From IMG/VR virus record IMGVR_UViG_3300001605_000002, positions 1 to 64,000 of that record: a DNA stretch of 64,000 bases; one strand, 5' to 3'. The notes beneath the pieces were generated by a model that saw only the letters and a list, made by a program, of their open reading frames with translations, had not been told where the DNA came from and did not search any database. Below are positions 36,874-48,470 of the stretch, in pieces. Numbering within the stretch: position 1 is the first letter of the stretch; each line of letters opens with the position of its first letter. The translations under genes were made by a program, and so were the position numbers. This DNA comes from an uncultured virus (IMG/VR IMGVR_UViG_3300001605_000002) (lineage: Duplodnaviria; Heunggongvirae; Uroviricota; Caudoviricetes).

Positions 36874-37191
36874 ATGGCCCTCATCATCCCGCTCCGGCCG
36901 CTCCCCTCGCAGGTCGTCACGGTCTCGCTCGCCAACCAGACGAGCAAGATCGAGGTCGCCCAAAAGTCGACCGGCATGTTCTTGAACCTCTACGTCAACG
37001 ACGAGTTGATCATCGGCGGGGTCATCTGCCAGAACCTCAATCGCATCGTTCGCAACACGTACCTCGGCTTCGTCGGTGACCTGTGCTTCTACGACAGCCA
37101 GGGCGACACCGACCCGGTCTACACCGGCCTCGGCACTCGCTACAGCCTGGTCTACCTCGAGCTAGTCGACATCGTGGGAGACGCCGCGTGA
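36874..37191 (+). CDS. baseplate plug-like protein
   Basis: IPL.P.PSQ...V.L, YLGF.GDL.F.D.QG..DP.Y.GLG.RY.L.Y. Confidence 0.75.
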   Translation: MALIIPLRPLPSQVVTVSLANQTSKIEVAQKSTGMFLNLYVNDELIIGGVICQNLNRIVRNTYLGFVGDLCFYDSQGDTDPVYTGLGTRYSLVYLELVDIVGDAA

Positions 37192-38060
37192 CGTTCGTCC
37201 AGCGCGACATCGACGTCACGTTCAAGCTCGGCGAGGGCGCGTTCGGCGATTCGGGCGTCGAGCGAGGTCACGCTCTCGGGCCTGCGGGTCATCGGCGCGC
37301 ATCGTCAAGGCGGGCGGCCCCTCGATGGGAACGGCGCTCCTCCAGGTCTACGGCATGACCTTGGACAAGATGAATCAGCTCTCGACCCTCGGCCTGATGC
37401 CGACGTTGATTCGCAGGAACGTCGTCACGGTCACGGCCGGCGACAAGACCGACGGCATGGGGACGGTCTTCGTCGGGACGATCACGAACGCCTGGGGCGA
37501 CTTCCGGGGCGCGCCCGAGGTCCCGTTCATCGTCGAGGCCCACACCGGGCGTCATCGAGGCGGTCGCGCCGGCGACCCCGAGCAGGCTAGTGCGGGCGCG
37601 GCGAAGGTCGACGGTCATCATGTCGTCGCTCGCGACGAAGATGGGGCTCTCGTTCGAGAACAGCGGCGTCGATTCGGTTCTCGCGAGCCCATACTTCTCG
37701 GGGTCCTATCGCGACCAGGCCTATGCTGCGGCGAAGGCCGCCGGCTGCGAAATCATAATCGACAACGGCAAGCTCGCCATCTGGAAGAGGGGCGGCGCGC
37801 GCGGCGACGCGGCGGTCGCCGTCCAGCCGCCGCTCCTCGACGGTTACCCGTCCTACACGTCGAAGGGCATCTCGGTTCGGACGCTGTTCATCCCGTCGCT
37901 CACCTATGGCGGAAAGATCAAGGTGACGAGCGACCTCACGCCGGCGAACGGCGAGTGGATCGTGTTCAGCCTCGACCTCGACCTCGAATCGCAGAACCCG
38001 GGCGGCCGCTGGCACGCGACGATGGGCGCGGCCCGTCCCGGTTTGGTGGTCATCCGATGA
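37188..38060 (+). CDS. baseplate hub protein (frameshifted in this sequence)
   Basis: TFVQRDIDVTF, VYGM....NQL, AGD, VF.G.I..A, FENSGV, GYP, NGEW, across several frames. Confidence 0.75.
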
Positions 38061-38764
38061 GCAAGACCGGCACCAACGCGTCGGGCTACGCGGGCCAGCA
38101 GCAGTCGAACGCGGCGGCCTCGCGCTTTAACTCGACGGTCTTCCTCTTCGAGCAGCTGATGGCCGGTACCGCGACCGCGACCGTCGTCGTGGTCAAGGCC
38201 GTCCGCGCGCAGGGCGCGTTCCCGGCGCCGTGCTTCGTCGACGTCCAGCCGCTCGTCAAGCAAATCGACGGGCAAGGGAACGTGACCTCTCACGGGATCA
38301 TCAGCAACGTGCCGGCGGCCCGCGCTCAGGGCGGCTCGATGGCGGTCGTTCTCGACCCGCAGCCAGGCGACATAGGCATCGCGGTCTTCGCCAGCCGCGA
38401 CATCTCGTCGGTCAAGTCGTCGAAGGCCGAGGCCCCGCCGGGCTCGCGGCGGCAGTACGACTACGCCGACGCGCTCTACGTCGGCGGAATCTTAAACGGC
38501 GTCCCGACCTGCTACCTCGCGTTCCTCGACGCCGACAACGGCGGCCCCGGCATGACCATGACGCCAGACGAGGGCGTCACCGCGATCACGATCACGGCCG
38601 GGAAGATCCGGCTCCAGGCGGCCGAAATAGAGAACCACGCGACGACCGTCCTCAAGTTCGACGCGAACGGAAACGGGACCGAAATCACGACGAACGCGCG
38701 GGTCGACTATGTTATAGGTTCGTCGAACTCGACCGCGCCGCTCCATCCGCCCGAGGTCCCATGA
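38057..38764 (+). CDS. baseplate spike / gpV-like (Gp138 N-terminal) protein
   Basis: VDVQPLVKQIDG, QGG..AV.LDP..GDIG, RDIS.VK, PGS.R.Y...DALY.GG.LN. Confidence 0.8.
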   Translation: MSKTGTNASGYAGQQQSNAAASRFNSTVFLFEQLMAGTATATVVVVKAVRAQGAFPAPCFVDVQPLVKQIDGQGNVTSHGIISNVPAARAQGGSMAVVLDPQPGDIGIAVFASRDISSVKSSKAEAPPGSRRQYDYADALYVGGILNGVPTCYLAFLDADNGGPGMTMTPDEGVTAITITAGKIRLQAAEIENHATTVLKFDANGNGTEITTNARVDYVIGSSNSTAPLHPPEVP

Positions 38765-39114
38765 AGACCCTTTTGCTTGACACGACGACCTGGGACCTCT
38801 CGATCGACGCCGCCGGCAACATCGCGACGGTCGACGGCGGCTATGCCCTCGCCCAGGACGCGGCGAGCGCCATCCGGACGTTCAAAGGCGAGTGCTGGTA
38901 CAACACGACGCTCGGCGTGCCCTATTGGGAGCAGGTCTTGGGAAAGACCCCGCCGCTCGCCCTCTTAAAGCAGAGGTTCATCGAGGCCGCGATGACCGTC
39001 CCCGGCGTCGTCTCGGCGAAGTGCTTCTTGACCTACGACCGCGTCAACCGCACGGTCGGCGGACAGGTCCAGGTGACCGACTCCTCGGGGCAAACGACAG
39101 CGGCGGCATTCTGA
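38761..39114 (+). CDS. baseplate wedge (W/gp25-like) protein
   Basis: TLLLD..WDL.ID.AGNIA, AQD.ASAI.TF.GECWY....GVPY, VPGV. Confidence 0.8.
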   Translation: MKTLLLDTTTWDLSIDAAGNIATVDGGYALAQDAASAIRTFKGECWYNTTLGVPYWEQVLGKTPPLALLKQRFIEAAMTVPGVVSAKCFLTYDRVNRTVGGQVQVTDSSGQTTAAAF

Positions 39115-39115
39115 C

Positions 39116-40543
39116 ATGGCAACGACGAACGTCCCCAAACCGACCTTCGGCCCGCGCGGCTTCGTCGCGCCGTCGGAGCCCGACGTCCTCGTCGGCCGGA
39201 CCGCCGACATCAACCAGGCGTTCGGCGGCGGCCTAAACCCGGCGCTCAACACGCCGCAAGGCCAGCTTGCCTCGAGCGACACGGCGATCATCGGTCAGAC
39301 GAACGACGAGTTCGTCGCGCTCGCGAACGGAGTCGACCCGGCCTTCGCCTCGGGACGCATGCAAGACGCCGTCGCGCGCATCTACTTCCTGACCCGTAAG
39401 CCGTCCGAGCCGACGAGCGTCTCGGCGACGTGCACGGGCCTCGCCGGCGTCGTCATCCCGGCCGGCTCGAAGGCCCAGGCCGAAGACGGCAACATCTACA
39501 TCAGCATCGAGGACGCGGTCATCGGCGCCGGCGGAACGGTCGTGACCACGTTCGAGAACGTCATCCCGGGGCCCATCCCGTGCGCGGCGACGACCCTCAA
39601 TCAGATTTATCAAGTCATCCCCGGGTGGGACACGATCACGAACCTGGCCGATGGCGTCATCGGTCGCGACGTCGAGAGCCGACAGGCCTTCGAGGCTCGC
39701 CGGGCGGCGACCGTCGCGAAGAACTCCCGCAACACGCTCGAGTCGGTCTTGGGCGCGGTCTTCGACATCATCACGGTGAGCGACGCGTTCGCTTATCAGA
39801 ACGACACGGCCGCGCCGGTAACCTTCCGCGGCTTCTCGGTCGCGGCGAGGTCTCTTTACGTCGCGGCCGTCGGCGGCACCGACCAAGAGGTCGCCGACGC
39901 GATCTTCAGCAAAAAACCACCCGGGTGCGGCTACAATGGGAATACGCCGGTCGTCGTCTACGATCAGAACCCGCTCTACACCGAGCCGTTCCCCGACTAC
40001 ACGGTCACGTTCGAGCGGCCGGCATCGCTCCCGATTCTCTACTCGGTCCAGCTCGCGACGAACGGGCAGGTCCCGGCGAACGCGACGGTCCTCGTCCAGA
40101 ACGCCATCGTCGCGGCCTTCGCCGGAAGCGACGGCGGCCCGGCCGCGCGCATCGGCTCGACGGTCTACGCGAGCCGGTACTATGCGCCGGTCGCCGCGCT
40201 CGGCGCGTGGGTCGAAATCAAGATCATCCAGGTCGGCTCGGCGAACTCGGCCGCCGCCAGGTTCACGGCGGCCATCGCCGGGGCGACCATGACCGTGAGT
40301 GCCGTCGCCTCCGGCACAATCGCGGTCGGGCAGACGGTCGGCGGCGCGGGGGTCGCGCCCGGGACCGTTATCACCGCGCTCGGCACCGGAGCCGGCGGGA
40401 CGGGCACCTACACGGTCGCGCCCTCGCAGACGGTCGGCTCCGAGGCGATGACCGGGGCGCTCGCGAACTCGAACTTCCAAGAGGTCCAAATCGACCAGGT
40501 CCCGACCATCTCGCCCGAGAACATCGCGGTGGTCGTATCGTGA
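39116..40543 (+). CDS. baseplate J-like protein
   Basis: [37 protein letters not shown]...GG. Confidence 0.9.
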   Translation: MATTNVPKPTFGPRGFVAPSEPDVLVGRTADINQAFGGGLNPALNTPQGQLASSDTAIIGQTNDEFVALANGVDPAFASGRMQDAVARIYFLTRKPSEPTSVSATCTGLAGVVIPAGSKAQAEDGNIYISIEDAVIGAGGTVVTTFENVIPGPIPCAATTLNQIYQVIPGWDTITNLADGVIGRDVESRQAFEARRAATVAKNSRNTLESVLGAVFDIITVSDAFAYQNDTAAPVTFRGFSVAARSLYVAAVGGTDQEVADAIFSKKPPGCGYNGNTPVVVYDQNPLYTEPFPDYTVTFERPASLPILYSVQLATNGQVPANATVLVQNAIVAAFAGSDGGPAARIGSTVYASRYYAPVAALGAWVEIKIIQVGSANSAAARFTAAIAGATMTVSAVASGTIAVGQTVGGAGVAPGTVITALGTGAGGTGTYTVAPSQTVGSEAMTGALANSNFQEVQIDQVPTISPENIAVVVS

Positions 40544-41208
40544 CCGGGCCGCTTTACCCACCGGGGCCCGCTCCCGGGTCGAACGCCATCGGAAGTTTCC
40601 AGATTGGCGTCAGCCCCATCGGCGACATTCCGCTGCTCGACCCGCTCGACACGGTCATAAGTCAGTACGCGAATAGCCCGCGCACCGACGCGGTCATCGA
40701 GACATTCGGTCAGGCGGTCGACCAGACCGAGAACATCGACGCGTTCTACGACCTCATCTGGAACATCGAGAGCGCGGTCGGTTACGGCCTCGACGTGTGG
40801 GGTCGCATCGTCGGGGTCACCCGCACGCTCACGGTCGCCTCGAGCGTCTTCTTCGGCTTCGAGCAACAGTCTCCGACCGTCGACGTCTTCGGGCCCGGTG
40901 GCGTCTCGCCGTTCTACGTCGGCGTCCCGGCGACGTCGAACTACCAACTGACCGACTCGGCGTTCCGGACGCTCATCTTCGCGAAGGCCCTCGCCAACAT
41001 CTGCGACGGGTCAATCCCGGCGATCAACCAGGTCCTAATGAGCTTGTTTCCGAACCGGGGAAACTGTTATGTGACTGACGGCGAAGACATGACGATGACC
41101 TACACCTTCCGGTTCTTCCTGACGCCGGTCGAGCAGGCCATCGTCTCTCAGTCCGGAGTTCTCCCGAAGCCCGCCGGCGTGGAAGCGAGCGTCGTTCAAA
41201 TCATCTGA
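40540..41208 (+). CDS. baseplate protein (DUF2612)
   Basis: [37 protein letters not shown]. Confidence 0.85.
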   Translation: MTGPLYPPGPAPGSNAIGSFQIGVSPIGDIPLLDPLDTVISQYANSPRTDAVIETFGQAVDQTENIDAFYDLIWNIESAVGYGLDVWGRIVGVTRTLTVASSVFFGFEQQSPTVDVFGPGGVSPFYVGVPATSNYQLTDSAFRTLIFAKALANICDGSIPAINQVLMSLFPNRGNCYVTDGEDMTMTYTFRFFLTPVEQAIVSQSGVLPKPAGVEASVVQII

Positions 41209-41215
41209 GGGTTCG

Positions 41216-42355
41216 ATGCAGGACACCGACGTCCCCGTAAAATTCCCGCTTCCGTTCGGAGAGAACGCCGTCAGCGGTACCATCCGGGCGGTCCCCGTCA
41301 CGACGACCGACCCGAACGCGGCCTCGCTCGACCTCGGCTTCCCCGAGAACACGTTCACGCCCATCGGCGCCGGCGGTTCGCCGCCGAACGGCGAAGACTT
41401 CAACGGAATCCTCAATCAGGAGACGGCCTGGGCCCGATGGCTCTCCGCCGGCGGCCCGATCAAGTACGACGCGACCTTCGCCGCCGACGCGAACGTCGGC
41501 GGCTATCCGAAGGGCTCCATCGTCCAATCGGCGGCGACTTTCGGCCTGTTTTTCTACTGCTTGACCAACGACAACGTGACCGACCCCGACGCTGGCGGTG
41601 CCGGGTGGCAGGCCTTCAACATCTTCACGGTCCCGGCGACCGGCGGTCAATTCCGCAACATCAACGGCGGTACCTGCGGGCTCTTCCCGTACAATGGCGG
41701 CTATCTTTGGATCGACGGCCTGAACTACCAAATCCCCGCCGGATTGACCGTCATCAACTCGGGGCTTTCGTTCAACACGCTCTATTATTGCTACGCGTAC
41801 ATGAACGCAGGCGTTATGACGCTCGAGGCCTCGCTGACCGGAAAGACCTTCGCCGCTAACGGAATCCCGCAAAAGGCCGGCGACCCGACCCGGACCCTCG
41901 TCGGGTCGATGTACACCGACCCGGCCGGGGCCTTCATCGACACGCAGGTAAAGCGGAACGTCAACACATGGTTCAACCGGCGGAGCCGGCAGCTCTACGG
42001 TCAGTTCACGAACATCACCATCGCGAACACGTCGCCCACGCTTTTGAGCGCGGTCGCGAACGTCGAGGCGATTGTTTGGGACGACGAGGCGACGTTGGCC
42101 GTCGTGACCGGCACGACGACGCTCGGAACGTCGATCGACATCGCGCAGACCTACGTAGGTCTCGACGGCGCCCAGGTCTCGGGCGGCTCGAGCTCGGCGC
42201 TCAACGCGTCGACGATCAGCAAGCAGGGCGCGCAGGCGGCCTACTCGGGGCAGGTCGCCGAGGGTCATCACGTCTGGACGCCATTCGGCAACACGCAGGG
42301 CGGCAACAACACGAATTGGGCCGTCAACATGTCAGTTCTCATCGGGGGCTCGTGA
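41216..42355 (+). CDS. tail fiber protein
   Basis: AS...GFP..T.TP..AGG.PP.G.DFNGIL and GGYPKG baseplate-attachment domain. Confidence 0.8.
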   Translation: MQDTDVPVKFPLPFGENAVSGTIRAVPVTTTDPNAASLDLGFPENTFTPIGAGGSPPNGEDFNGILNQETAWARWLSAGGPIKYDATFAADANVGGYPKGSIVQSAATFGLFFYCLTNDNVTDPDAGGAGWQAFNIFTVPATGGQFRNINGGTCGLFPYNGGYLWIDGLNYQIPAGLTVINSGLSFNTLYYCYAYMNAGVMTLEASLTGKTFAANGIPQKAGDPTRTLVGSMYTDPAGAFIDTQVKRNVNTWFNRRSRQLYGQFTNITIANTSPTLLSAVANVEAIVWDDEATLAVVTGTTTLGTSIDIAQTYVGLDGAQVSGGSSSALNASTISKQGAQAAYSGQVAEGHHVWTPFGNTQGGNNTNWAVNMSVLIGGS

Positions 42356-45285
42356 TGATCAAGAAGCTAATCGCGTCCGCGTTTGCCGCGGTCCTTTGGT
42401 CGAGCGCCGCCGTCGCCCAATCGGGATGCCCGACCATCGTCTACGGCGCGGTGCTGACCGCCGGCCAGTGGAACGCGTGCTTTGCCGCTAAGCAAAACAC
42501 GCTCGGCTACACGCCGCTCCCAATCACGGGCGGGGTCATGACCGGCCCCCTCGGGACGGCCGCGTCGACCACGCTGAAATCCGGCTTGAACATTCCGACC
42601 GGCGTCGCGCCGACATCGCCGGTCAACGGCGACGTCTGGACGACCGCTGCCGGCATATACGTGCGGATCAACGGCGTCACCATCGGGCCGCTCTCGGGCG
42701 CGACTTCTTCGAGCTTCGCGGCGACGCTTCCGCTCGCGGTGACGTTCCCGTCCGGGGTGGTGACCTTCGCGCTGAACTACGATTCGAACTTCGTTCTCTC
42801 TGGCTCTAACCTGGCGCTCGCGTCCATCGCGGCTGGCAGCTTGATCGCGAACTCGACCTCCGGCTCGGCCGAGCCGACGGGGACGACGCTCACCGCGCTC
42901 ATCGACCGGGCCGTCGGATCGACGCGCGGCTCGATCATCGAGCGGGGAGCCTCCGCCTGGGGACCCATCGTTCCAGGAACGACCGCCTATCCGTTCGTCT
43001 CGAACGGCTCGGGGTCAGACCCGGCCTATCAGCAGCTCACCGGCGCGGGCATCGCCGCAAATACGGTCGCAAACTCGAACTTCCGGCAGAGCGCCGCGCT
43101 CTCGCTCGTCGGCAACGCGACGGCCGCGCCCGCGAACGTCGCCGACATAACGGCGAGCGGCGCCTATCAGGCCTTCCGGGTCGACGCCACCGGGTCGACC
43201 ATCGGCTTCGGCGCGCTCGACGTCTCGCAGGCAAACGCGGTCACGGGCCTGTTGCGGGCCGGGTCGTTCCCGATTCTGACCGGGGCCATCTCGACGGTCG
43301 GCGGTTCGCTCACCACGACGCTCGTCACCGCACAACCCGATGCCCACACTTGGGCGGCTACGCAGACGTTCACGGTCGCGCCGGTGTTCACCGACCAAAG
43401 CGGCTCGAGGACGGCCCTCGGCCTCGGCACGATGGCGACGCAAAACGCGGCCTCGGTCGCGATCACGGGCGGCACCGTCGCCGGCCTAACCGGGCTTGGA
43501 ATCCGCGATACGAGCGCGGCCTTCGACCTGACCATCGCGGCAACCTCGTCGACTCCGCTATCGGCCGGCCGGACGCTCACCTTCGACGTCGTCAATGCGG
43601 CGCGCACGGTCAAGCTCGGTGCCAACCTGACCATCGCGAGCGACCCGGGCGCGGTGACCGGCGCGATCAAGTCGAACGGGACCGGGACCTTCGCGCAGGC
43701 GGCCTCGACCGACCTCTCGAACACCGCGAACATTCCGCTGCTGAACGCCGCTAACGCGTGGTCGAACACCAACACGCTCCAGACGCTCCTCGCCGGAACG
43801 ACCAACACCTACCGACGTCGGGACGAGCGCGACCGTGTCGGCGTTCCGGACCATCTACGCCGGGACGTCGTTCGTCGGCCCCACCCACACGGCGACGACC
43901 GCCGTCGGCACGCCGATTCTCGCGCCGCTGACCGACAGCACGACCGCGCTCCAGATCACGAAGGCCGACAAGTCGACCCGGATCATGGACTTCGACACGA
44001 CGAACGCGCGCGTCGGCATCAACAAGACGCCGGGGGCCTTCGACCTGGACGTCAACGGGGCGGTCAACGTCGGCGGCGCGATCACGCTGGCGGTCACGGG
44101 CTCGACCCAGTGCCTCCAGGTCAACTCGGCGGGTCTCGTCGCCGGGACCGGCTCGTCTTGCGGCGCGGCCGGCGCCGCGCTTCTGAGCGGCTCGGTCTTG
44201 AGCAAGACCGCCGGCTACACGCTCCTGACCGGCGATTGCGGAAGCTCCATAAACCTCTCGGGCGGGATCTTCACGATCACGCTCGGGGCCGCGTCCGGCT
44301 ACGCGTCGAACTGCGGCTTCTTGCTCACGAACGCCGCGACCGAGACCCGGGCGAAGTACATCTCGCCGAACGGCCTGACGTCGTTCTACCTCTACCCGGG
44401 ACAATCGGTCATCGTCTCGAACCAGAGCAACGTGTGGGTCGTCGGTCCGCAACTCGGACGATGGCGCGTCGCGGGGACCGTCAACTTCTACGTTCGGCCT
44501 GATGGTGCGGACGGCGGCGCGACGAACGATGGCCTCGACAACTCGGCGGCCGGTGCGTTCCTGACGGCGAGCTATGCGGCCGAGCGGGTCGCGCTCGACG
44601 TCGACCTGAACGGGCAAACGGTCAACATCAACCATACCTGCAGTACGCCGGGCTCGTGCACGATCACGGCGGCCTCGCAACTGATGAACGTCGTGACCGG
44701 CCATCAGTTCGTCGGCGGCTATCCGCACTACCGCGGCGACGGCTGCGCGAGCTTGGCGAGCGCGACGATCCTTGCGCCGTCGACCGCCGTCCAGGCCGAC
44801 ATCCAGTTCACGTTCGACTCGAAGATTGGCATCTGCGGCTTCAAGCTCGCCGGCGGACGCGAAGTACGAGCTACGGAATGTATGTCAGCGGGCAAGCCCG
44901 GGTCATCCTCGACGGGTTGATGGAGTTCGGCAACAGCACGAACGGCATCCTGCTTAACTCGCAGGCGCAGATGGACCTCGCCGCGAACTTCACCGTCAGC
45001 TCGAGCCTCGGCTACGTTTTGTCGGCGCAGCATCTCGCTTTCATCGAGAACAGCGGCTCCATGACGATCACGGTCACGGGTACGCCCGCGTGGGGGAACG
45101 CGTTCGTCTACGCCTACGGTCAAGGAACGGTTCAAATCAACCCGTTCATCGTGACCATCACCGGCGCGGCGACTGGCGGGAAGGCCAACATTCAGTACAA
45201 TGGCTTCGTCGACACCGCGTCGAACGCCTGCGCGGTCTTCCCCGGAACCGGGGTCGTCACCGCGACCGGCGGTCAGTGCTACTAG
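42355..45285 (+). CDS. large fiber/spike-like protein with N-terminal signal-like peptide (indels near 43812 and 44860)
   Basis: MIKKLIASAFAAVLWSSAAVA-Q; Gly/Thr/Ser/Ala-rich fiber repeats, ALGLGTMATQNA, FYVRPDG.D...NDGL, beta-helix-like C-terminus; coding continues through three frames. Confidence 0.7.
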
Positions 45286-45300
45286 AAAAGGAAGAACCCC

Positions 45301-45705
45301 GTGAAGATCCTTCTCGCCCTCGCTCTTGTCCTCATCTCGAGTGCGGCGGCCTTCGCCGAGCGCATAAAAATCCCGGCGGAGGTCGTCGTCGACACGCCGC
45401 CGGTTCCGCAATCTCCTCCGGTCAAGCCGTGCGCGGCGAACGAGAGCCCCTGCGTTCGGCCGGCTCCGCCTGAGCCCTGGACGATGATGAGGCACCCCGC
45501 CGACCTGACCTTGACGAAGAACGACATTTGCCTCGTCGACGCGACGCCCGGGAAAACCCTTCTGTGCACGGACTCCGCTCCGCGCTATTGCAACCTGACC
45601 GGAGAATACCAGCCGAGCACGATATGGATTTGCCGGACCGCCGACCGGAAGCGAAAGTGGCTCGTCCACAGCAACGTCATCTCCCGGACGGTTTGGGATA
45701 AGTAA
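45301..45705 (+). CDS. exported Cys-rich hypothetical protein
   Basis: Signal MKILLALALVLISSAAAFA; six Cys. Confidence 0.65.
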   Translation: MKILLALALVLISSAAAFAERIKIPAEVVVDTPPVPQSPPVKPCAANESPCVRPAPPEPWTMMRHPADLTLTKNDICLVDATPGKTLLCTDSAPRYCNLTGEYQPSTIWICRTADRKRKWLVHSNVISRTVWDK

Positions 45706-45786
45706 CCCAAGCCCGTGCAGAATTGGACGGCGGCGGCGGGGTTCCGATAAGGTCCCCGCCGTCTCGATTCAACAATGGGAGTTACC

Positions 45787-46221
45787 ATGAAGAAGACCAT
45801 CACCGCGGCGCTCGTCGCCCTCGCGCTTTTGTCGGCTCCGGCCGGCGCCCAGGTCCGGGGCGGGTTCTTGTCGGGCGGCACGAGCGTTCCTTGCGACGGG
45901 GCCGACCACATCGTTTGGCAATATCCGGGCGGCATCCTCGGCGGTGGCGCGTTTCCGACCGGGCCGTTCACGATCATAGGTGCGGCGGTCACCGCTCAGA
46001 CGAACGACCCGGCGGCGCAAACCTTGGCCGGCCAGCTCGACCCGCTCGTCGATGCGCTCGCCCCGGTAGTCCCCGGGCAGGGCGTCTCGTACATGCCGCC
46101 CGGCGTCACGATCAAGAACGACAACGTCACGAACGCAATTCACCTTCACGGGCTATGCGGGCGCTTCGGACCGGGCTACAACATGATGGTCTGGTTGACG
46201 GTCTGGTACACGGTCCCCTAG
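45787..46221 (+). CDS. exported hypothetical protein
   Basis: Signal MKKTITAALVALALLSAPAGA-Q. Confidence 0.65.
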   Translation: MKKTITAALVALALLSAPAGAQVRGGFLSGGTSVPCDGADHIVWQYPGGILGGGAFPTGPFTIIGAAVTAQTNDPAAQTLAGQLDPLVDALAPVVPGQGVSYMPPGVTIKNDNVTNAIHLHGLCGRFGPGYNMMVWLTVWYTVP

Positions 46222-46270
46222 CGCGCGACCCGGGCCTCGTCGACCTCGTCTCAAGGGAAGGAGCTCGACG

Positions 46271-46957
46271 ATGGCCTGGAGAGTCGCAGAATCGCTCGAC
46301 GTGCTGCTCGAGCAAATCAACAAGCTTTCACCGAATCGAAGCAAGGCAAGCGACGGTTCAATCGGCGACCCGCGTCATCAGGCCGAGGCCTCGTCGGACC
46401 ACAACCCGCACGTCGTCTACAAGGGTGTCGGCGTCGTCACGGCGCGCGACTTCACGAACGACCCCGACCACGGCATCGACTCGGAGAAGCTCGCGAACGC
46501 GCTCCTGGCGAGCAAAGACCCGCGCATCAAGTACATCATCTCGAACAAAAAGATCGCGTCGGGCACCGGCCAAGGTCATCCGGCCTGGGCGTGGCGGCCC
46601 TACACCGGGGCGAACCCGCACAACCATCACTGCCATATCTCGGTCAAACCAGACCCGAAGCTCTTCGACGATACCGCCCCGTGGAAGTTCGACCTTGACG
46701 TCGCCGCGCCGGCGGCCGCCGCGCCCGCGCTCAAGGACGTCCGCCCGGTCTTGCGGAAGGGCGACAAGGACAAGGACGGCAAGGGTCCGGTCCGCGACCT
46801 TCAAACGAAGCTCAACGACAAGGGCGCGAAGGTCAAGGTAGACGGCGACTTCGGTCAGAAGACCGACGAGGCGGTTGTCGCCTTTCAGAAGGCCACCGGC
46901 TTGGTCGCCGACGGCGTCGCCGGGTCGTACACTTGGAAGGCGCTCGACAACGGTTAA
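46271..46957 (+). CDS. endolysin: M15-like zinc peptidase plus peptidoglycan-binding domain
   Basis: GSIGD..H...SDHNP...ARD, NPH.HH.HIS; C-terminal L..G....VRDLQ..L....DGDFG.KT..AV..FQ...GL.ADGV.G..TW. Confidence 0.85.
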   Translation: MAWRVAESLDVLLEQINKLSPNRSKASDGSIGDPRHQAEASSDHNPHVVYKGVGVVTARDFTNDPDHGIDSEKLANALLASKDPRIKYIISNKKIASGTGQGHPAWAWRPYTGANPHNHHCHISVKPDPKLFDDTAPWKFDLDVAAPAAAAPALKDVRPVLRKGDKDKDGKGPVRDLQTKLNDKGAKVKVDGDFGQKTDEAVVAFQKATGLVADGVAGSYTWKALDNG

Positions 46958-47040
46958 TCAGCGCCTCGTCATCCTTGCGGACTGGCCCTCGGCTCACGTA
47001 AACAGAGCGTGACCAAGGCCAGCCCGGAGGAACCCACCCC

Positions 47041-47656
47041 GTGAACGATCATCCGCCTCGTCGCCGTAGCCTTCATCGCGCTCGCACCCTTCGGCGCCTT
47101 CGCCCAAACCTCAACGCCGGCGACGTCGTCGACTTGCGGAAATCCCGGACAGCCGGCGTGCGTCGGCTCGCCCGCTCCGGCCGCGACCCAAAACACCATC
47201 ACGACGACCGGCCCCGTCTCGAGCACGACGAAGATTGAGACCGGCACGCTCGCCGGCGAGGTCCTGACGTGGGTCGCCGCGACCTTCGGCTCGAGCATCG
47301 GGTTGGCGGTCACCGCCCTGCTCCTTCGCTTGCTCAAGAACGCGGGCTTCGCCGGCAACGAAATCCTTCGCCAGCGGCTCCAGGACATGATCGTCAACGG
47401 GTTAAACGCCGGCGCGGCGGCGGCCGCTGACAAGCTCAAGGACAAGGGCCAAATCGAGGTCAAGAACGAGGTCGTTGCGAAGGCGGTCGACTACGTCCAG
47501 GCGCATGGCGCCGACACGCTCAAGCAGCTCGGCATCGACCCGGCAAGTTCCTCGGCCGTCGAGGCAATCAAGGCCCGCATCGAGACCGCGATCAACGACC
47601 CGGCGACGCCGACCCCGCCGGCACTCGACCCGGTCGACGCGCCGAAGGCCGCCTGA
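47041..47656 (+). CDS. holin-like membrane protein with exported N-terminus (indel just after the start)
   Basis: GGAGG RBS plus GTG; the frame from 47048 reads IIRLVAVAFIALAPFGAFA-QTS..., a transmembrane segment, then AVDYVQAHGADTLKQLGI. Confidence 0.6.
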
Positions 47657-47694
47657 CCCCCTTTCGCCCCGAAACGTCTCAAAAGGAGTTTCAC

Positions 47695-48012
47695 GTGAAA
47701 CACGTTCGCCTCTTCCTCCTGGCCGCCGCCTCGCTCGCGGTCGTCGCCTGCACCGAAGCTCAGAAGGACGATGGATTCGCCATCGCTTGCGCCGGGGTCT
47801 CGGCGGCCGACACCGGGTTCAACATTTACGCCTCGAGCGGGAAGGTCTCGCAGAGCGTCATCGACGTCGAGACGAAGGCCGTCACCGGCGCGCAGGCCGT
47901 TTGCTCCGGGCCGCGTCCGGTCGACGTCGCGGGCGCGCTCGCCGCGGTCAACGCCGCGCTCCGGGCCATCGCCAACGCGACCGCCCAGGCTCGAGTCCAG
48001 GCGACGAAGTGA
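47695..48012 (+). CDS. lipoprotein (possible spanin component)
   Basis: MKHVRLFLLAAASLAVVA-C lipobox; in the lysis cluster. Confidence 0.7.
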   Translation: MKHVRLFLLAAASLAVVACTEAQKDDGFAIACAGVSAADTGFNIYASSGKVSQSVIDVETKAVTGAQAVCSGPRPVDVAGALAAVNAALRAIANATAQARVQATK

Positions 48013-48458
48013 CCGACGCCTCCGACCATCTCGCCGACCGCGCGATCACGGTCACGGACCTGGTCGGACACGTCGCGTCGTTCGGCGCGCAGGCGCTCCC
48101 GGTTGCTCAATTCCTGGCGGGCTTCTTCCCGGGGATGGCCCCCGTCCTTCAGGCGATCACCATCGCGCAGCCGATTCTCGCGCGCATCGCGGCGGGTGCC
48201 CCGCAAGCCGCCGCCGCCATCGCGGCGGGCCGCCCGGTCTTCGACGCCATCGAGCGGACGTCGACCGCAGTCGTCCCGCATCTCAAGGAGCTCTACGCCA
48301 TCGCGGTCAATCACGACCCGGCTCGTCCGGAGACGAAGATGACCGGAACGCAGGTCTCCGACGTCGAGGTCAAGACCTTCGCGTCGCTGGTGTTCACGCC
48401 TGGGTGGACCAACGAAGAGCAACAGCGCGCGTGGGACCGCGCCTCCATAAGTTCTTGA
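48009..48458 (+). CDS. hypothetical protein in lysis cluster
   Basis: GTG start overlapping the upstream stop. Confidence 0.55.
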   Translation: MTDASDHLADRAITVTDLVGHVASFGAQALPVAQFLAGFFPGMAPVLQAITIAQPILARIAAGAPQAAAAIAAGRPVFDAIERTSTAVVPHLKELYAIAVNHDPARPETKMTGTQVSDVEVKTFASLVFTPGWTNEEQQRAWDRASISS

Positions 48459-48470
48459 GGAACGACCGTC

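Noticed and set aside
26355..45285. Frameshifts in MCP, neck terminator, baseplate hub and large fiber suggesting a decayed prophage
   Set aside because: Breaks are indels without accumulated in-frame stops and all motifs are intact, which fits low-coverage or long-read consensus errors. Decay cannot be fully excluded without reads.
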